In this document: piece after piece, positions 1 to 10,149 of the stretch
How positions within the stretch are numbered: position 1 is the first letter of the stretch
Layout: every line of letters starts with the position of its first letter
DNA from: Reyranella sp.
GTDB taxonomy: Bacteria; Pseudomonadota; Alphaproteobacteria; Reyranellales; Reyranellaceae
DNA length: 64,000 nt
Reading direction: 5' to 3'
Assembly: GCF_004296935.1 (NCBI RefSeq)
Contig: NZ_SCVH01000097.1
Location: forward strand, 6,093 to 70,092
The notes under the pieces: model-generated
Told to the model about the DNA's origin: nothing
Database searches by the model: none
What the model saw: the letters and a program-made list of their open reading frames with translations, nothing else
Made by a program: the position numbers and the translations under genes

Positions 1-1133
1 CCTGGCCCGCCTGGCCGGTGGCGCCGGGCAACCTGACGCCGCGCGGCGCCGACCTCGGCCACCAGATGGGCCAGTTCTACCGGATCATCTACGGCGGCCG
101 CGGGCTGATCGAGGAGAGCATCTGTCCCGCGCCGGGCACCGTCGTGCTGTGGGTCGACCTCGACAATCGCGCCGAATACGCCGCGCTCTCGACCCTGGGC
201 GGCCTCTATATGCGCTGCATCACCCCGATCCTGAAACACCAGGCCGACCTCTCGAAACCTGATCCGCTGTTCCATCCGTCACCGTCGCCGTCCTGCCCGA
301 TGGACGCGGCGAGCAACCGCGCCGCGATCCTGGCGCGCATCGGCGGCGACTTCACTTCGGTGTTGCGGGAGTACGCGCCGCAGCTCTCCCTCCTGCAATC
401 GACGCTCTGCCCGCCGGGCTCGGCCGCCGGCTGCGGTCTGGCGGCCGAGGCGCCGGCGATCGTGCCGGATCCGAAGGGCGGCGTGGCGATGAAGGGGCCG
501 ATCGCCATCGGCTCGATGGCAGGGGAAATCTTCCTGCAGGAAAGCGCCGAGGGCATGCCGGCCGACCAGGTCGCCTGGGGACGCCTGGGGGGCGGCCCGG
601 CGGGCGACGACAAGCTCCGCGACGTGCTGAAGGTGCATCGTCTCCATCTCGACCTGATGGAGAAGACCAGGCCGATCGCCCAGCAGAAGGGATCGAACAT
701 GCTGGCGCTGGTCACGACGGCGCTGCAGAACGGTCACAAGTTTCCCGGCGCGCCGAACCTGGCCGAGCCGGTGCGCTTCGGCATGTTGATCGGCCACGAC
801 ACCAACATCCTGAACGTCGCCGGGCTGCTCAACCTCGGCTGGCAGATCAAGGGCTACCAGGACAACGAAGTCCCGCCGGGCAGTGCGCTCGCCTTCGAGC
901 TGCTGCGCGAGAGCCGGAGCGGCCAGCGCTACGTGCGGATGGCCTTCTACGCCCAGACGCCCGAACAGCTGCGCAACATGACGCCGCTCACGCTCGACAA
1001 TCCGCCCGGCATGGTGGCGGTCGACCTGCCGGCCTGCAGCGCCTATGCCCGCGACAAGGCCTGCCCGCTGGAGCGCTTCGTCGAGATCGCCAACGCCGCG
1101 ATCGACCCGGGCTGCGTAACGATAAAGCAGTAG
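1..1133 (+). CDS. histidine acid phosphatase / phytase-like protein (AppA type); 5' end outside window
   Basis: Frame is open to the window edge (listed ORF 18..1133). It has an LTPRG segment near the start and a GHDTN catalytic HD motif further in, both typical of branch-2 histidine phosphatases. The RHGxRxP motif would lie upstream of the window. Confidence 0.7.
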   Translation, partial: WPAWPVAPGNLTPRGADLGHQMGQFYRIIYGGRGLIEESICPAPGTVVLWVDLDNRAEYAALSTLGGLYMRCITPILKHQADLSKPDPLFHPSPSPSCPMDAASNRAAILARIGGDFTSVLREYAPQLSLLQSTLCPPGSAAGCGLAAEAPAIVPDPKGGVAMKGPIAIGSMAGEIFLQESAEGMPADQVAWGRLGGGPAGDDKLRDVLKVHRLHLDLMEKTRPIAQQKGSNMLALVTTALQNGHKFPGAPNLAEPVRFGMLIGHDTNILNVAGLLNLGWQIKGYQDNEVPPGSALAFELLRESRSGQRYVRMAFYAQTPEQLRNMTPLTLDNPPGMVAVDLPACSAYARDKACPLERFVEIANAAIDPGCVTIKQ

Positions 1134-1143
1134 AGACACCATC

Positions 1144-1590
1144 ATGAAACTCGTCATCGGCTCCGATCACGCCGGCTTTCCGATGAAGGCCGAGCTGGTT
1201 GCCTTCGTGCGTGGGCTCGGCCATGAGGTCGAGGATGTCGGCTCCTACGATCCCGCGCCGGTCGACTTTCCCGACATCGCGCGCAAGGTCGCGGCCGCCA
1301 TCACCTCGGGGCACGCCGAGCGCGGCCTGATGGTGTGCGGCACAGGGGTCGGCGCCTCGATCGGCGCCAACAAGATGAAGGGCATCCGCGCCGCGGTCTG
1401 CCACGACGTGCATTCCGCACACCAGTGTGTCGAGCACGACGACGTCAACGTGATGTGCATCGGCGCGCAGATCGTCGGGCCCTGGCTCGCCAAGGATCTG
1501 ATCGCCGCCTACCTCGCTGCTAAATTCTCGACGGCCGAGGAGTTTCGCCGCCGCGTGGCAAAGCTCGCCGACATGGATGCGGGGCGCTAG
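1144..1590 (+). CDS. rpiB: ribose 5-phosphate isomerase B
   Basis: 148 aa. The N-terminus MKLVIGSDHAGFPMK and the CGTGVGASIGANK segment are characteristic of the RpiB/LacA/LacB family. Confidence 0.9.
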   Translation: MKLVIGSDHAGFPMKAELVAFVRGLGHEVEDVGSYDPAPVDFPDIARKVAAAITSGHAERGLMVCGTGVGASIGANKMKGIRAAVCHDVHSAHQCVEHDDVNVMCIGAQIVGPWLAKDLIAAYLAAKFSTAEEFRRRVAKLADMDAGR

Positions 1591-1603
1591 CGCGAGGGAC
1601 GAT

Positions 1604-2329
1604 CTACGCCGCCGGAGCGACCGACAGGCCCTTGACCTTGTGGCGCTCGATCAGTTCGGCCACCAGGCCCGACTTCTTGGCCTTCTCGACGAAGGCGGCG
1701 AGGAAGGCCGCGCCCGCGAGGTTGGGCCTGGCCGTGCCTACCGCCTGCTGCACGGCGGTGAACTTGCCGTCGAGAATTTTCAGGCCTGGCGCCTTGGCCA
1801 CGTCCTTCAGCAGCCCGGGACGGAGGCCCGCCAACACCTCGAGCTTGTCGGACATGAACTTCTCGTAGGCGGCATCGAGGCCGCTGACCTGCACTAGGGT
1901 GGCATTCTTGATGTTGTTGACCAGCCAGAGGTCGTAGGCGCTGCGCGCCGAGACGGCGATGCGCACGCCCTTCCTGTCGACGTCGGCGATGGATTTGATG
2001 GGCGAGCCCGCCGGCACCATGTAGGTCGCCTCGATCTCGACATAGGCGGCGCTGAAGGCGATCTTCTCGGCGCGCTGCGGTTCGGCCCCGATCAGGCCGA
2101 TGTCCCAGATGTTCTTGCCGACCTGGTCGCCCAGCTCGCCCGGCGTCTTGAACGGCACGTATTTCACCGGCACGCCCAGCTCGGCCGCGATCGCGCGCGC
2201 CATGTCGGGCGCCACGCCGTCGGGATCGCCGGCGGCGCTGCGGCCGGTGACCAGCAGGAAATTGGAGAGGTTGATGCCGGCACGCAGAATGCCAGTCGGG
2301 GCCAGTTCGGCTTTTGCTTTGTCGCTCAT
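1604..2329 (-). CDS. family-3 (amino-acid type) solute-binding-domain protein with no obvious signal peptide
   Basis: 241 aa with periplasmic-binding-protein type 2 features ([28 protein letters not shown]). The N-terminus [13 protein letters not shown] is hydrophilic, so no signal peptide is visible. Confidence 0.55.
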   Translation of the reverse strand: MSDKAKAELAPTGILRAGINLSNFLLVTGRSAAGDPDGVAPDMARAIAAELGVPVKYVPFKTPGELGDQVGKNIWDIGLIGAEPQRAEKIAFSAAYVEIEATYMVPAGSPIKSIADVDRKGVRIAVSARSAYDLWLVNNIKNATLVQVSGLDAAYEKFMSDKLEVLAGLRPGLLKDVAKAPGLKILDGKFTAVQQAVGTARPNLAGAAFLAAFVEKAKKSGLVAELIERHKVKGLSVAPAA

Positions 2330-2370
2330 CGTCCCAGCATATACTGAAGGAAAGGGAGAAAGAAACGCGC

Positions 2371-3906
2371 ATGACAGCCGACATCGTCGTCGAGACCACG
2401 GCCGGGAAGGTGCGCGGCGCGATGGAGCGCGGCGTCAGCGTCTTCAAGGGTATTCCCTATGCTGCGCCGCCGTTGGGGCCGTTGCGCTTCCGGCCGCCGC
2501 AGCCTGTCGAGCCGTGGAGCGGTGTGCGCGACGCCGTGGCCTACGGCAACATGTCGGTGCAGAGCGAAAATGTATTCCGCCTGCCCGCGGATCTCCTGAA
2601 GATCTTCACCCTGGCGGGGCGCCAGAAGCTCGACGAGGACTGCCTTTACCTCAACGTCTGGTCGTCGGGCGTGACCGGCGGCAAGCGGCCGGTGCTGTTC
2701 TGGTGCCATGGTGGCGCCTTCATCACCGGCTCGGGTTCCTCGCCGTGGTCCGACGGCGCCAACCTCTGCCGCGCCGACGATGTCGTGGTTGTGTCCTTCA
2801 ATCATCGCCTGGGCGCGCTGGGCTATCTCCATCTCGAAGACATCGCCCAGGATTTCGACGGCGCCGGCACGACCGGTGTGATGGATATCGTGGCGGCCCT
2901 CGAGTGGGTGCAGGACAACATCGCGGCGTTTGGCGGCGATCCCGGCAACGTCACCATCTTCGGCGAGTCGGGCGGTGGTGCCAAGGTGAGCGTGCTGATG
3001 GCGCTGCCCGGCGCCAAGGACCTGTTCCACAAGGCCATCATCCAGAGCGGGCCCGCCGTGCAGATGGCCGAGCGTGCCGACGGCACCAACACCGCGCGCC
3101 AGGTGCTGGCGCATCTCGGCCTGAAGCCCGAGCAGGCGGGGGAGCTCCGCAAGCTGCCGGCGGCGCGCCTGCTCGAAGCCCAGGGCGCGGTGCTGGCGGG
3201 CATCTCCCAAGCGAGCACCGCCGACCGGCGGCGGCTCGGGTTCAATCCCGTGATCGACGGCAAGGTTTTTCCCGGCGGGCCCTTTGCGCCCACGGCGCCC
3301 CAAGTGTCGGCCGACGTGCCGCTGATGATCGGCTCCAACAAGGACGAGCAGACGCTGTTCATCGGCCATCAGCCGTGGGTGGTGGACGCCACATTCGAAA
3401 ACCTGCCCGAAGGTCTGAAGCCTTATCTCGGCGCGCGCACCGCCGAGGTGATCGCGGCCTACCGCAAGGCGCAGCCGCGGAAGCCCGCCGACGAGATCGC
3501 CGTCTCCATCGTGAGCGATCTCGGCATCCGCTCGCTGTCGCTGCAGATCGCCGAGCGCAAGCTCGCCCAGAAGGCGGCGCCGGTGTTCGTCTATCTCTTC
3601 GCCTGGGAGACGCCGGTACTGGGCGGCCGGCTGCGCTCCTGCCACACGCTGGAGATCCCCTTCGTGTTCGGCAATGTCGAGACCGCGGCGCTGACGGGCG
3701 ACGATCCCGCGCGTCTGGTGCTGGCCGAAAGGATGAGCCGCGCGTGGCTGGCCTTTGCCCGTCACGGCCGGCCGGGTCATGCCGGATTGCCGGTGTGGCC
3801 GGGCTATTCGACGGCCGAGCGCGCCACGATGATCTTCGACACGACGTGCCGGGTCGAGAACGACCCTTATGGCGCCGAGCGACGGGTATGGGAGACGACA
3901 CCATGA
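2371..3906 (+). CDS. carboxylesterase type B (para-nitrobenzyl esterase-like)
   Basis: GESGGG nucleophile-elbow motif, [10 protein letters not shown] and HGGAF motifs. Start placed at ATG 2371 ([16 protein letters not shown]) inside listed ORF 2314..3906. Confidence 0.85.
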   Translation: MTADIVVETTAGKVRGAMERGVSVFKGIPYAAPPLGPLRFRPPQPVEPWSGVRDAVAYGNMSVQSENVFRLPADLLKIFTLAGRQKLDEDCLYLNVWSSGVTGGKRPVLFWCHGGAFITGSGSSPWSDGANLCRADDVVVVSFNHRLGALGYLHLEDIAQDFDGAGTTGVMDIVAALEWVQDNIAAFGGDPGNVTIFGESGGGAKVSVLMALPGAKDLFHKAIIQSGPAVQMAERADGTNTARQVLAHLGLKPEQAGELRKLPAARLLEAQGAVLAGISQASTADRRRLGFNPVIDGKVFPGGPFAPTAPQVSADVPLMIGSNKDEQTLFIGHQPWVVDATFENLPEGLKPYLGARTAEVIAAYRKAQPRKPADEIAVSIVSDLGIRSLSLQIAERKLAQKAAPVFVYLFAWETPVLGGRLRSCHTLEIPFVFGNVETAALTGDDPARLVLAERMSRAWLAFARHGRPGHAGLPVWPGYSTAERATMIFDTTCRVENDPYGAERRVWETTP

Positions 3907-3919
3907 AGGGTATTGGGCC

Positions 3920-5023
3920 ATGAAAATCACCGACGTCACGCTCACGCTCTTCGCCTGGGACGACATTCCGCCGACCACCTACGGTGCACACAGCCGCTTC
4001 TCCGGTTCGAGCGCCTTGGGGCTGCTGCGGATCATCACGGACGAGGGTGTCGAGGGGCATGCCTTCCTGGGCTCGGCCTCAAATTCGGCGGCGACCGACG
4101 GGCAGGGGCTCATCACCCACCTGAAGCCGATGCTGATGGGCCGCAATCCGCTTCATCGCGAAACCCTCGTCCAGGACCTGTGGAAGAAGCAGCGGGCCTG
4201 CGGCGTGCGCGCCATCGGCGCCGCCGATGTGGCGCTGTGGGATCTTTTGGGTAAATCGATGGGCCAGCCGATCCACCGGCTGCTCGGTACCTATCGCGAA
4301 TCCGTGCCGGCCTATGCGAGTTCCGCCGTGATGTCGTCGCCGACGGAATATGCCGAGGAGGCGGTGCGTTTCAAGGAGAACGGGTGGGCTGCGTACAAGA
4401 TCCATCCGCCGACGCAATGGAAGCAGGACATCAAGGTCTGCGAAGCGGTGCGCAACGCCGTGGGCGACTACACCATCATGCTCGATTCGACCTGGAGCTA
4501 CGATTATCCGGCGGCGGTGCGCGTCGGCCGTGCCGTCGAGGAGATGGATTATTACTGGTACGAGGACCCGCTCGCCGACCAGGACATCTACAACTACGTC
4601 AAGCTGAAGCAGCAGCTCTCGATTCCGATCCTCGCCACCGAGTATCCCATCACCGGCCTCGATTCCTACCAGCCCTGGCTCATGCTGCAGGCGACCGATT
4701 ACTTGCGTGGGGACGTTGCCGTCAAAGGCGGCATCACCACGCTGGTCAAGACCGCGCATCTCGCCGAGGCCTTCCGCATGAACTACGAGGTCCATCACGG
4801 CGGCAATTCTCTGAACAACATTGCCAACCTGCATGTCATCGCCTCTATGAAGAATACGTCCTTCTTCGAGGTGCTGTTGCCGGACGCGGCGCAGAAATAC
4901 GGCCTGGAGCAGGACATCGTGGTCGGCCGCGACGGCATGGTGCATGTGCCCAACGGCCCCGGCCTGGGGGCGGCCATCGACTTCAAGCTGATCGAGCGCA
5001 AGAAGGTGACCGTGCTCTCATAG
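3920..5023 (+). CDS. enolase-superfamily enzyme (mandelate racemase / muconate lactonizing enzyme family)
   Basis: N-terminal capping domain pattern MKITDV...L plus a barrel with KIH/K..., DSTW and YWYEDP metal-ligand-type segments. Start at ATG 3920 inside listed ORF 3869..5023. Confidence 0.8.
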   Translation: MKITDVTLTLFAWDDIPPTTYGAHSRFSGSSALGLLRIITDEGVEGHAFLGSASNSAATDGQGLITHLKPMLMGRNPLHRETLVQDLWKKQRACGVRAIGAADVALWDLLGKSMGQPIHRLLGTYRESVPAYASSAVMSSPTEYAEEAVRFKENGWAAYKIHPPTQWKQDIKVCEAVRNAVGDYTIMLDSTWSYDYPAAVRVGRAVEEMDYYWYEDPLADQDIYNYVKLKQQLSIPILATEYPITGLDSYQPWLMLQATDYLRGDVAVKGGITTLVKTAHLAEAFRMNYEVHHGGNSLNNIANLHVIASMKNTSFFEVLLPDAAQKYGLEQDIVVGRDGMVHVPNGPGLGAAIDFKLIERKKVTVLS

Positions 5024-5035
5024 CCGGAGAGAAGC

Positions 5036-6139
5036 ATGATCGTCGACTGCCACGCCCACATCTTCACCCACTGGATCGGTGCCTGCGGACATCCGACGCG
5101 CGAGGTCCACAAGCGCTACCTGCAGCGCGTCGTCACCCGGACGGTCGCACCGACCTTCCGACTCCGTGATGGCAAGCGCGCCGACACCAAGGCGCTGTTC
5201 CGGGCCGGCGACGAGGGATGGACCGGTCTCGCCGACGTCGATTTCCGCGTCGGCCGGTTCGGCCAGCTCGAGTTCACCCATGAGGGCGAGGATTACGGTG
5301 TCCAGTACATGCCCGTGGGCATGCAGGAGCAGGTGGCGCCGCCCGAGCTGATGCTGGCCCAGATGATGAACGCCGGCGTCGACCACTGCATCCTGCAGGC
5401 GGGCGGCGGCTACGGGGCGATGACCGAGATGAATGCCTTTGCAGGCCAGCAGTATCCCGGACGGATGACCGGGCTGATGCATGTCGACGAGGCGATGGCG
5501 GGCACGCCGGCCGAACTCGCCAAGGTCGACCGTGCGGTCGACGAGCTCGGCCTGCGCGGCCTCTACTTCGGCGTCGATGCAATGAGCCGCCACGGCTTCC
5601 CCTGGCCGCTCGATGCCGAGGAGATGGCGCCGTTCTGGGACAAGCTCGCGCGGCGGGGCATCCTGCTCTGCTTCGAGATCAGCTCCGGCCCGACCTACGA
5701 TGTGGCGGGTTACATGGCGAACCTCACGGCGTTCGGCCGCGTGCTCGCGCGCCACCCGTCGCTCCGCGTGCACATGGCGATGAGCCCGCCGGTCGCCTTC
5801 TTCGCCCGGAACGGCCGCTACCAGTTCCCCGACGAGGCGCTCGCCGTCTGGCGCCACGAGCCGATGGTGCTCGAGGTGATGTTCCCGATCACTTATGGCG
5901 GCGTCTGGGACTATCCCTACCCCGAGGCGCAAACGCTGATCGAGGACATGAAGAACCAGCTGGGCGCACACCGGCTGATGTGGGGTTCCGACATGCCGAA
6001 CGTGGAACGGTTCTGCACTTATAAGCAGTCGCTCGACTATGTGAGGCGGTACTGCCCGTTCCTGACCGCACGCGACAAGGATCTCATCCTTGGTGAGACC
6101 TGCGCGGCCTTTTACGGGATCTGCAGGCCGGGCGCCTGA
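5036..6139 (+). CDS. amidohydrolase-2 family metal-dependent hydrolase/decarboxylase
   Basis: N-terminal DCHAH metal-binding motif (MIVDCHAHIF) and a C-terminal WGSDMP motif typical of the amidohydrolase_2 (LigI/ACMSD-like) family. Confidence 0.75.
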   Translation: MIVDCHAHIFTHWIGACGHPTREVHKRYLQRVVTRTVAPTFRLRDGKRADTKALFRAGDEGWTGLADVDFRVGRFGQLEFTHEGEDYGVQYMPVGMQEQVAPPELMLAQMMNAGVDHCILQAGGGYGAMTEMNAFAGQQYPGRMTGLMHVDEAMAGTPAELAKVDRAVDELGLRGLYFGVDAMSRHGFPWPLDAEEMAPFWDKLARRGILLCFEISSGPTYDVAGYMANLTAFGRVLARHPSLRVHMAMSPPVAFFARNGRYQFPDEALAVWRHEPMVLEVMFPITYGGVWDYPYPEAQTLIEDMKNQLGAHRLMWGSDMPNVERFCTYKQSLDYVRRYCPFLTARDKDLILGETCAAFYGICRPGA

Positions 6140-6148
6140 CTCGGCGGA

Positions 6149-7018
6149 TCAGACGACGGTGCGGTGGCGCTCGATGCAGGTCGCCAGCACCGTGTCGATC
6201 GGCTGGCCCCACCAACGCTCAGAGAAGATTTCTGCCTCGGAAAAGCCGTTGAAGCCCGCATCCTCGACGGCCTGGCGGATGCGACGGAGTTCGATCACGC
6301 CGTCGCCCATCATGCCGCGGTCGTTCAAGAGATCGGTGGTCGGCACCAGCCAGTCGCAGACGTGATAGGCGAGCAGCCGCTGCTCGCGGCCGGCGCGGGT
6401 GATGCCGGCATAGAGATCCGGATCCCACCACGTGTGATAGACGTCGACGGCGACGCCCAGCGCGCCGCTGCGGCCGCCGGGATCGAGGCGGTCGGCGATG
6501 TCGAGCGCCTGTGCGAGCGTGTTCACCGCGGCGCGGTCGGCGGCGTACATCGGATGCAGCGGCTCGATCGCCAGCGGCAGCTTGGCCGTGCGGGCATAGG
6601 CCAGCAGCTCGGCGATGCCGTCCTCGATCATCGCGCGCGCCATTTCGAGGTCCTTCGACGGCGCGGAGCCGGGGCGCGCATATTGCGGCAGGCCGCCAGC
6701 CACCAGGATGAGGCAGGGCGCGCTCATCGCCGCGGCCTCGTCGACCGCGCGCCGGTTGTCGTCGCGCGCCGCGCCGCGATGCTCGCCGGAAGCGGGGAAC
6801 AAGCCACCGCGGCAATAGCCGGAAAGTTTCAGGCCGGCGTCCTTGACCAGGCGAATGGCGCGGTCGAGTCCCACACTCGCCACCTGGTCGCGCCACGGGC
6901 TGATCGCCGGGATGCCGTGGCGGGCACAGGCCTCGACGATGGCCAAAAGATCACCCTGGCGCCGGACGGTCGCGGTGTTGACCGAGAGATGGCGCGGGCC
7001 GTCGCTGAAATCGCGCAT
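6149..7018 (-). CDS. sugar phosphate isomerase/epimerase (xylose-isomerase-like TIM barrel)
   Basis: 289 aa. Typical AP-endonuclease-2/xylose-isomerase-like barrel segments (LAIEPLHP, YHVCDW). Confidence 0.8.
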   Translation of the reverse strand: MRDFSDGPRHLSVNTATVRRQGDLLAIVEACARHGIPAISPWRDQVASVGLDRAIRLVKDAGLKLSGYCRGGLFPASGEHRGAARDDNRRAVDEAAAMSAPCLILVAGGLPQYARPGSAPSKDLEMARAMIEDGIAELLAYARTAKLPLAIEPLHPMYAADRAAVNTLAQALDIADRLDPGGRSGALGVAVDVYHTWWDPDLYAGITRAGREQRLLAYHVCDWLVPTTDLLNDRGMMGDGVIELRRIRQAVEDAGFNGFSEAEIFSERWWGQPIDTVLATCIERHRTVV

Positions 7019-7022
7019 CGGG

Positions 7023-8192
7023 TCAGGTCGCGATGCCGCGCACGGCGAGGACGGCCTTCATGCGTGCCGCTGCCTGCTCGGGATCGCGAAACAGCCCCGC
7101 CTTGTCGGCCAGCCGGAACAGTTCGGCGAGATGGAGCGTCGAGCGCGCGCTTTCCTGGCCGCCGACCATGGTGAAATGGTCCTGGTGGCCGTTGAGATAG
7201 GCCATGAACACCACGCCGGTCTTGTAGAACTGCGTGGGCTTGCGAAAAATATGCCGCGACAGCGGAACCGTCGGTGCGAAGATGGAGTGGAATTTCGCGA
7301 GGTCGTTACCGGCCAGCGCCGAGAGCGCGGCGGTGGCGGCAGGCGCGATGGCGTCGAAGATGCCGAGCAGGGCATGCGAATAGCCCTGGTCGTCGCCCGC
7401 GATCAGTTCGGCGTAGTTGAAGTCGTCACCGGTGTACATCTTCACGCGCTTGTCGAGCCGGCGGCGCATGGTGATTTCCTTGTCCTTGTCGAGGAGGGAG
7501 ATTTTGACGCCGTCGATCTTCGCCGCTGACCGGTTGATGACATCCAGCGCCGTTTCCATCGCCGGAGCGAAGTCGGCCGCGCCCCAGTAGCCGGCCAGTG
7601 CGGGATCGAACATGTCGCCCAGCCAGTGAATGATCACCGGCTCGCGCACCTGGCCCAGCACGCGGTCGTAGACGCGGGCGTAGTCGTCAGGTGACTTCGC
7701 GACGCGGACGAGCGCCCGCGACGCCATCAGGATGATGCGGCCGCCGACCGCTTCTATGGCCGCGATCTGCTCCTCGTAGGCACGGATCACTTCGTCGACC
7801 GAGCGCACGGCATTGAGGTCGAGATGGTCGGTGCCGGCGCCGGAGAAGACGACGGCGCCGGTACGGCCGCGTGCTGCCGCGACCGAGCGCCTGATCAGCT
7901 CCAGCGCCATCTTCCAGTCGAGCCCCATGCCACGCTGGGCGGTGTCCATGGCTTCGGCGACGCCGAGGCCCAGGTCCCAGAGATATTCGCGGTAGGCGAT
8001 GGTGCGGTCCCAGTCGGGCGCCGCCTGCAGCCAAGGATCGATGTCGGCATTTGGATCGGCCACCACGTGGGCGGCGGCCAGGGCTACGCGGTTGAGCGGC
8101 CGCGTCACGCGGTCGGGGAAATGCGCCGCCGTCGACAGCGTGTAGGGAGAGAGGTGGCCGCCCAGCGCGGGCAGGGGCAGGACGATCGACAT
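7023..8192 (-). CDS. DUF993-like protein (family assignment from memory)
   Basis: 389 aa with no recognisable catalytic motif. It sits between a Gfo/Idh/MocA oxidoreductase and a sugar-phosphate isomerase, a neighbourhood I associate with DUF993 proteins. Confidence 0.5.
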   Translation of the reverse strand: MSIVLPLPALGGHLSPYTLSTAAHFPDRVTRPLNRVALAAAHVVADPNADIDPWLQAAPDWDRTIAYREYLWDLGLGVAEAMDTAQRGMGLDWKMALELIRRSVAAARGRTGAVVFSGAGTDHLDLNAVRSVDEVIRAYEEQIAAIEAVGGRIILMASRALVRVAKSPDDYARVYDRVLGQVREPVIIHWLGDMFDPALAGYWGAADFAPAMETALDVINRSAAKIDGVKISLLDKDKEITMRRRLDKRVKMYTGDDFNYAELIAGDDQGYSHALLGIFDAIAPAATAALSALAGNDLAKFHSIFAPTVPLSRHIFRKPTQFYKTGVVFMAYLNGHQDHFTMVGGQESARSTLHLAELFRLADKAGLFRDPEQAAARMKAVLAVRGIAT

Positions 8193-8202
8193 GGCAATCT
8201 CC

Positions 8203-9354
8203 TCAGACGACGAGTGCCGGAACGTCGACCCAGCGCCGTTCCTTCCAGCTCTGATGCGCGCATTCGACGAGTTGCACGCCCTTGGCGCCCTCGACCAGCG
8301 TATGCGGGAAGGGTGCGTCCTCGACGACGTGGCGGATGAACATCTCCCACTCGGCCTTGAAGCCGTTGTCGTAGACGACGTTGTCCGGCACCTTCTGCCA
8401 GCTGTCGTAGAAGTCGATGGTCTGCTTCTGGTCGGGGTTCCACACCGGCCGCGGCGTCGCCGTGCGCGGCTGGATCATGCAGTCGCTCAAGCCCGCGACG
8501 GCGGAACCCAGGGTGCCGTCGACCTGGAAGGTGACGAGATCGTCGCGATAGACGCGCACCGCCCAGCTCATGTTGATGTGGGCGATCACGCCGCCCTCGA
8601 GCTGGAAGCTCGCGTAGGCCGCATCGTCGGCGGTCGCGGCATAGCGCTTGCCCGCCTCGTCGACCCGCTCGGGAATATGGGTTGCCGCGATGCAGGACAC
8701 CGACTGGACCTTGCCGAAAAGATTGTCGAGCACGTAGCGCCAGTGACAGACCATATCGAGCACGATGCCGCCGCCGTCCTCGGTGCGGTAGTTCCACGAC
8801 GGCCGCTGGGCCGCCTGCCAGTCGCCCTCGAACACCCAGTAGCCGAATTCGCCGCGCACCGAGAAGATGCGGCCGAAGAAGCCCGAATCGCGCAGCATCT
8901 TGATCTTCTGCAGGCCGGGCAGGAACAATTTGTCCTGCACCGTGCCGTTCTTGACGCCCTTCTGCTTGGCCAGCCGGCAGATCTTCAGCGCCTCGGCGAG
9001 ATTGGTAGCGATCGGCTTCTCGCAATAGATGTGCTTGCCGGCGTTGATCGCCTTTTCCAGCAAGGTCGGGCGCATCTGCGTCGTCGCCGTGTCGAAGAAG
9101 ATATGGTTCTTGGCGCTGGCGATCTCGGCATCGACGTCGGTGCTCCAGCGCAGGCCGCCGTGCTGCTCGGCCAGCGTCTTCACCTTGTCGGCGCTGCGGC
9201 TGACCAGCACCGGATCGAGCTGGACGCGCGAGCCGTCCGACATCAGCACGCCGCCCTGGGCGCGGATCGCCGCGACCGAGCGGATCAGGTGCTGGTTGAC
9301 GCCCATGCGTCCGCTGACGCCGTTCATGATGAGCCCGAGAGTGCGTGTCGTCAT
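8203..9354 (-). CDS. Gfo/Idh/MocA family oxidoreductase
   Basis: N-terminal Rossmann segment LGLIMNGVSGRMG, the EKP motif (IYCEKPIA), and a C-terminal alpha/beta domain of typical length. Confidence 0.85.
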   Translation of the reverse strand: MTTRTLGLIMNGVSGRMGVNQHLIRSVAAIRAQGGVLMSDGSRVQLDPVLVSRSADKVKTLAEQHGGLRWSTDVDAEIASAKNHIFFDTATTQMRPTLLEKAINAGKHIYCEKPIATNLAEALKICRLAKQKGVKNGTVQDKLFLPGLQKIKMLRDSGFFGRIFSVRGEFGYWVFEGDWQAAQRPSWNYRTEDGGGIVLDMVCHWRYVLDNLFGKVQSVSCIAATHIPERVDEAGKRYAATADDAAYASFQLEGGVIAHINMSWAVRVYRDDLVTFQVDGTLGSAVAGLSDCMIQPRTATPRPVWNPDQKQTIDFYDSWQKVPDNVVYDNGFKAEWEMFIRHVVEDAPFPHTLVEGAKGVQLVECAHQSWKERRWVDVPALVV

Positions 9355-9390
9355 GCGTGCATTTCCTCGATGGGGTCTTCGCGCCCCAAG

Positions 9391-9404
9391 TAACCAGACG
9401 GTTA
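9391..9404. promoter_or_regulatory. candidate TetR operator (14-bp inverted repeat TAACCAGACGGTTA)
   Basis: TAACC/GGTTA inverted repeat in the 87-bp gap between the TetR gene and the Gfo/Idh/MocA gene. Confidence 0.3.
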
Positions 9405-9441
9405 ATTGCTCCTATAGGCCGCTCGCCTTGTCAAGCCGCGC

Positions 9442-10113
9442 TCAGGATTTCCGCGCCGGGGCAGCGGCGATCGCCCGCAGAACCATGCCGACCACGTGTT
9501 CGATCCGCTCGTCGAGGGCCTTGCGCGCCTTGAGGTCGCGGGCGAACACGACCGTCAGCGTGTGGATGTTGGAGACGTAGAAAAAGCACAGCGAGGCGAT
9601 CGAGATGTAGAGCTGCAGCGGATCGATTCCCGGGCGCGTGACGCCAAGTCTTGCGCCTTTCCTGAGGATCCGGCCGACCGTGGCCACGACGGCCGAGTTC
9701 ATGTCGGGGATCTGCGGCGACTTCTTGAGGTGCCGGGCGCGGTGGAGGTTCTCGGTATTGAGCAGCGCCACGAAGCTCGGATTGGCGTTGAAATAGTCCC
9801 AGGTGAAGCGGACCAGCCGCTCGACCGCGGCCAGCGGCTCCAGTTCCTCGAGCCGGAGCTCGCGCTCGGCCGTCCTGATGTCGGCATAGGCGCGTTCGAG
9901 CGTGGCGAGGTAGAGCGCTTCCTTGTTGCCGATATAATAGTAGAGCAGCCGCTTGTTGGCCTGCGCCGTGCGGGCAATGCGGTCGACGCGGGCGCCCATG
10001 TAGCCATGGTCGGCGAACTCGATCCGCGCCGCCGCCAGGATACGGAGCTTGGTGGCGCCCGCATCGCGAACCGCGAGCTTCAGCCTGGATGTCTTGTCGT
10101 CCTGCCGTTTCAT
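9442..10113 (-). CDS. TetR/AcrR family transcriptional regulator
   Basis: N-terminal helix-turn-helix region ([44 protein letters not shown]) is a textbook TetR signature. Confidence 0.85.
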   Translation of the reverse strand: MKRQDDKTSRLKLAVRDAGATKLRILAAARIEFADHGYMGARVDRIARTAQANKRLLYYYIGNKEALYLATLERAYADIRTAERELRLEELEPLAAVERLVRFTWDYFNANPSFVALLNTENLHRARHLKKSPQIPDMNSAVVATVGRILRKGARLGVTRPGIDPLQLYISIASLCFFYVSNIHTLTVVFARDLKARKALDERIEHVVGMVLRAIAAAPARKS

Positions 10114-10149
10114 CTTGTTATCCCAACCGAAGCAGGGGACGCTCGCCCG

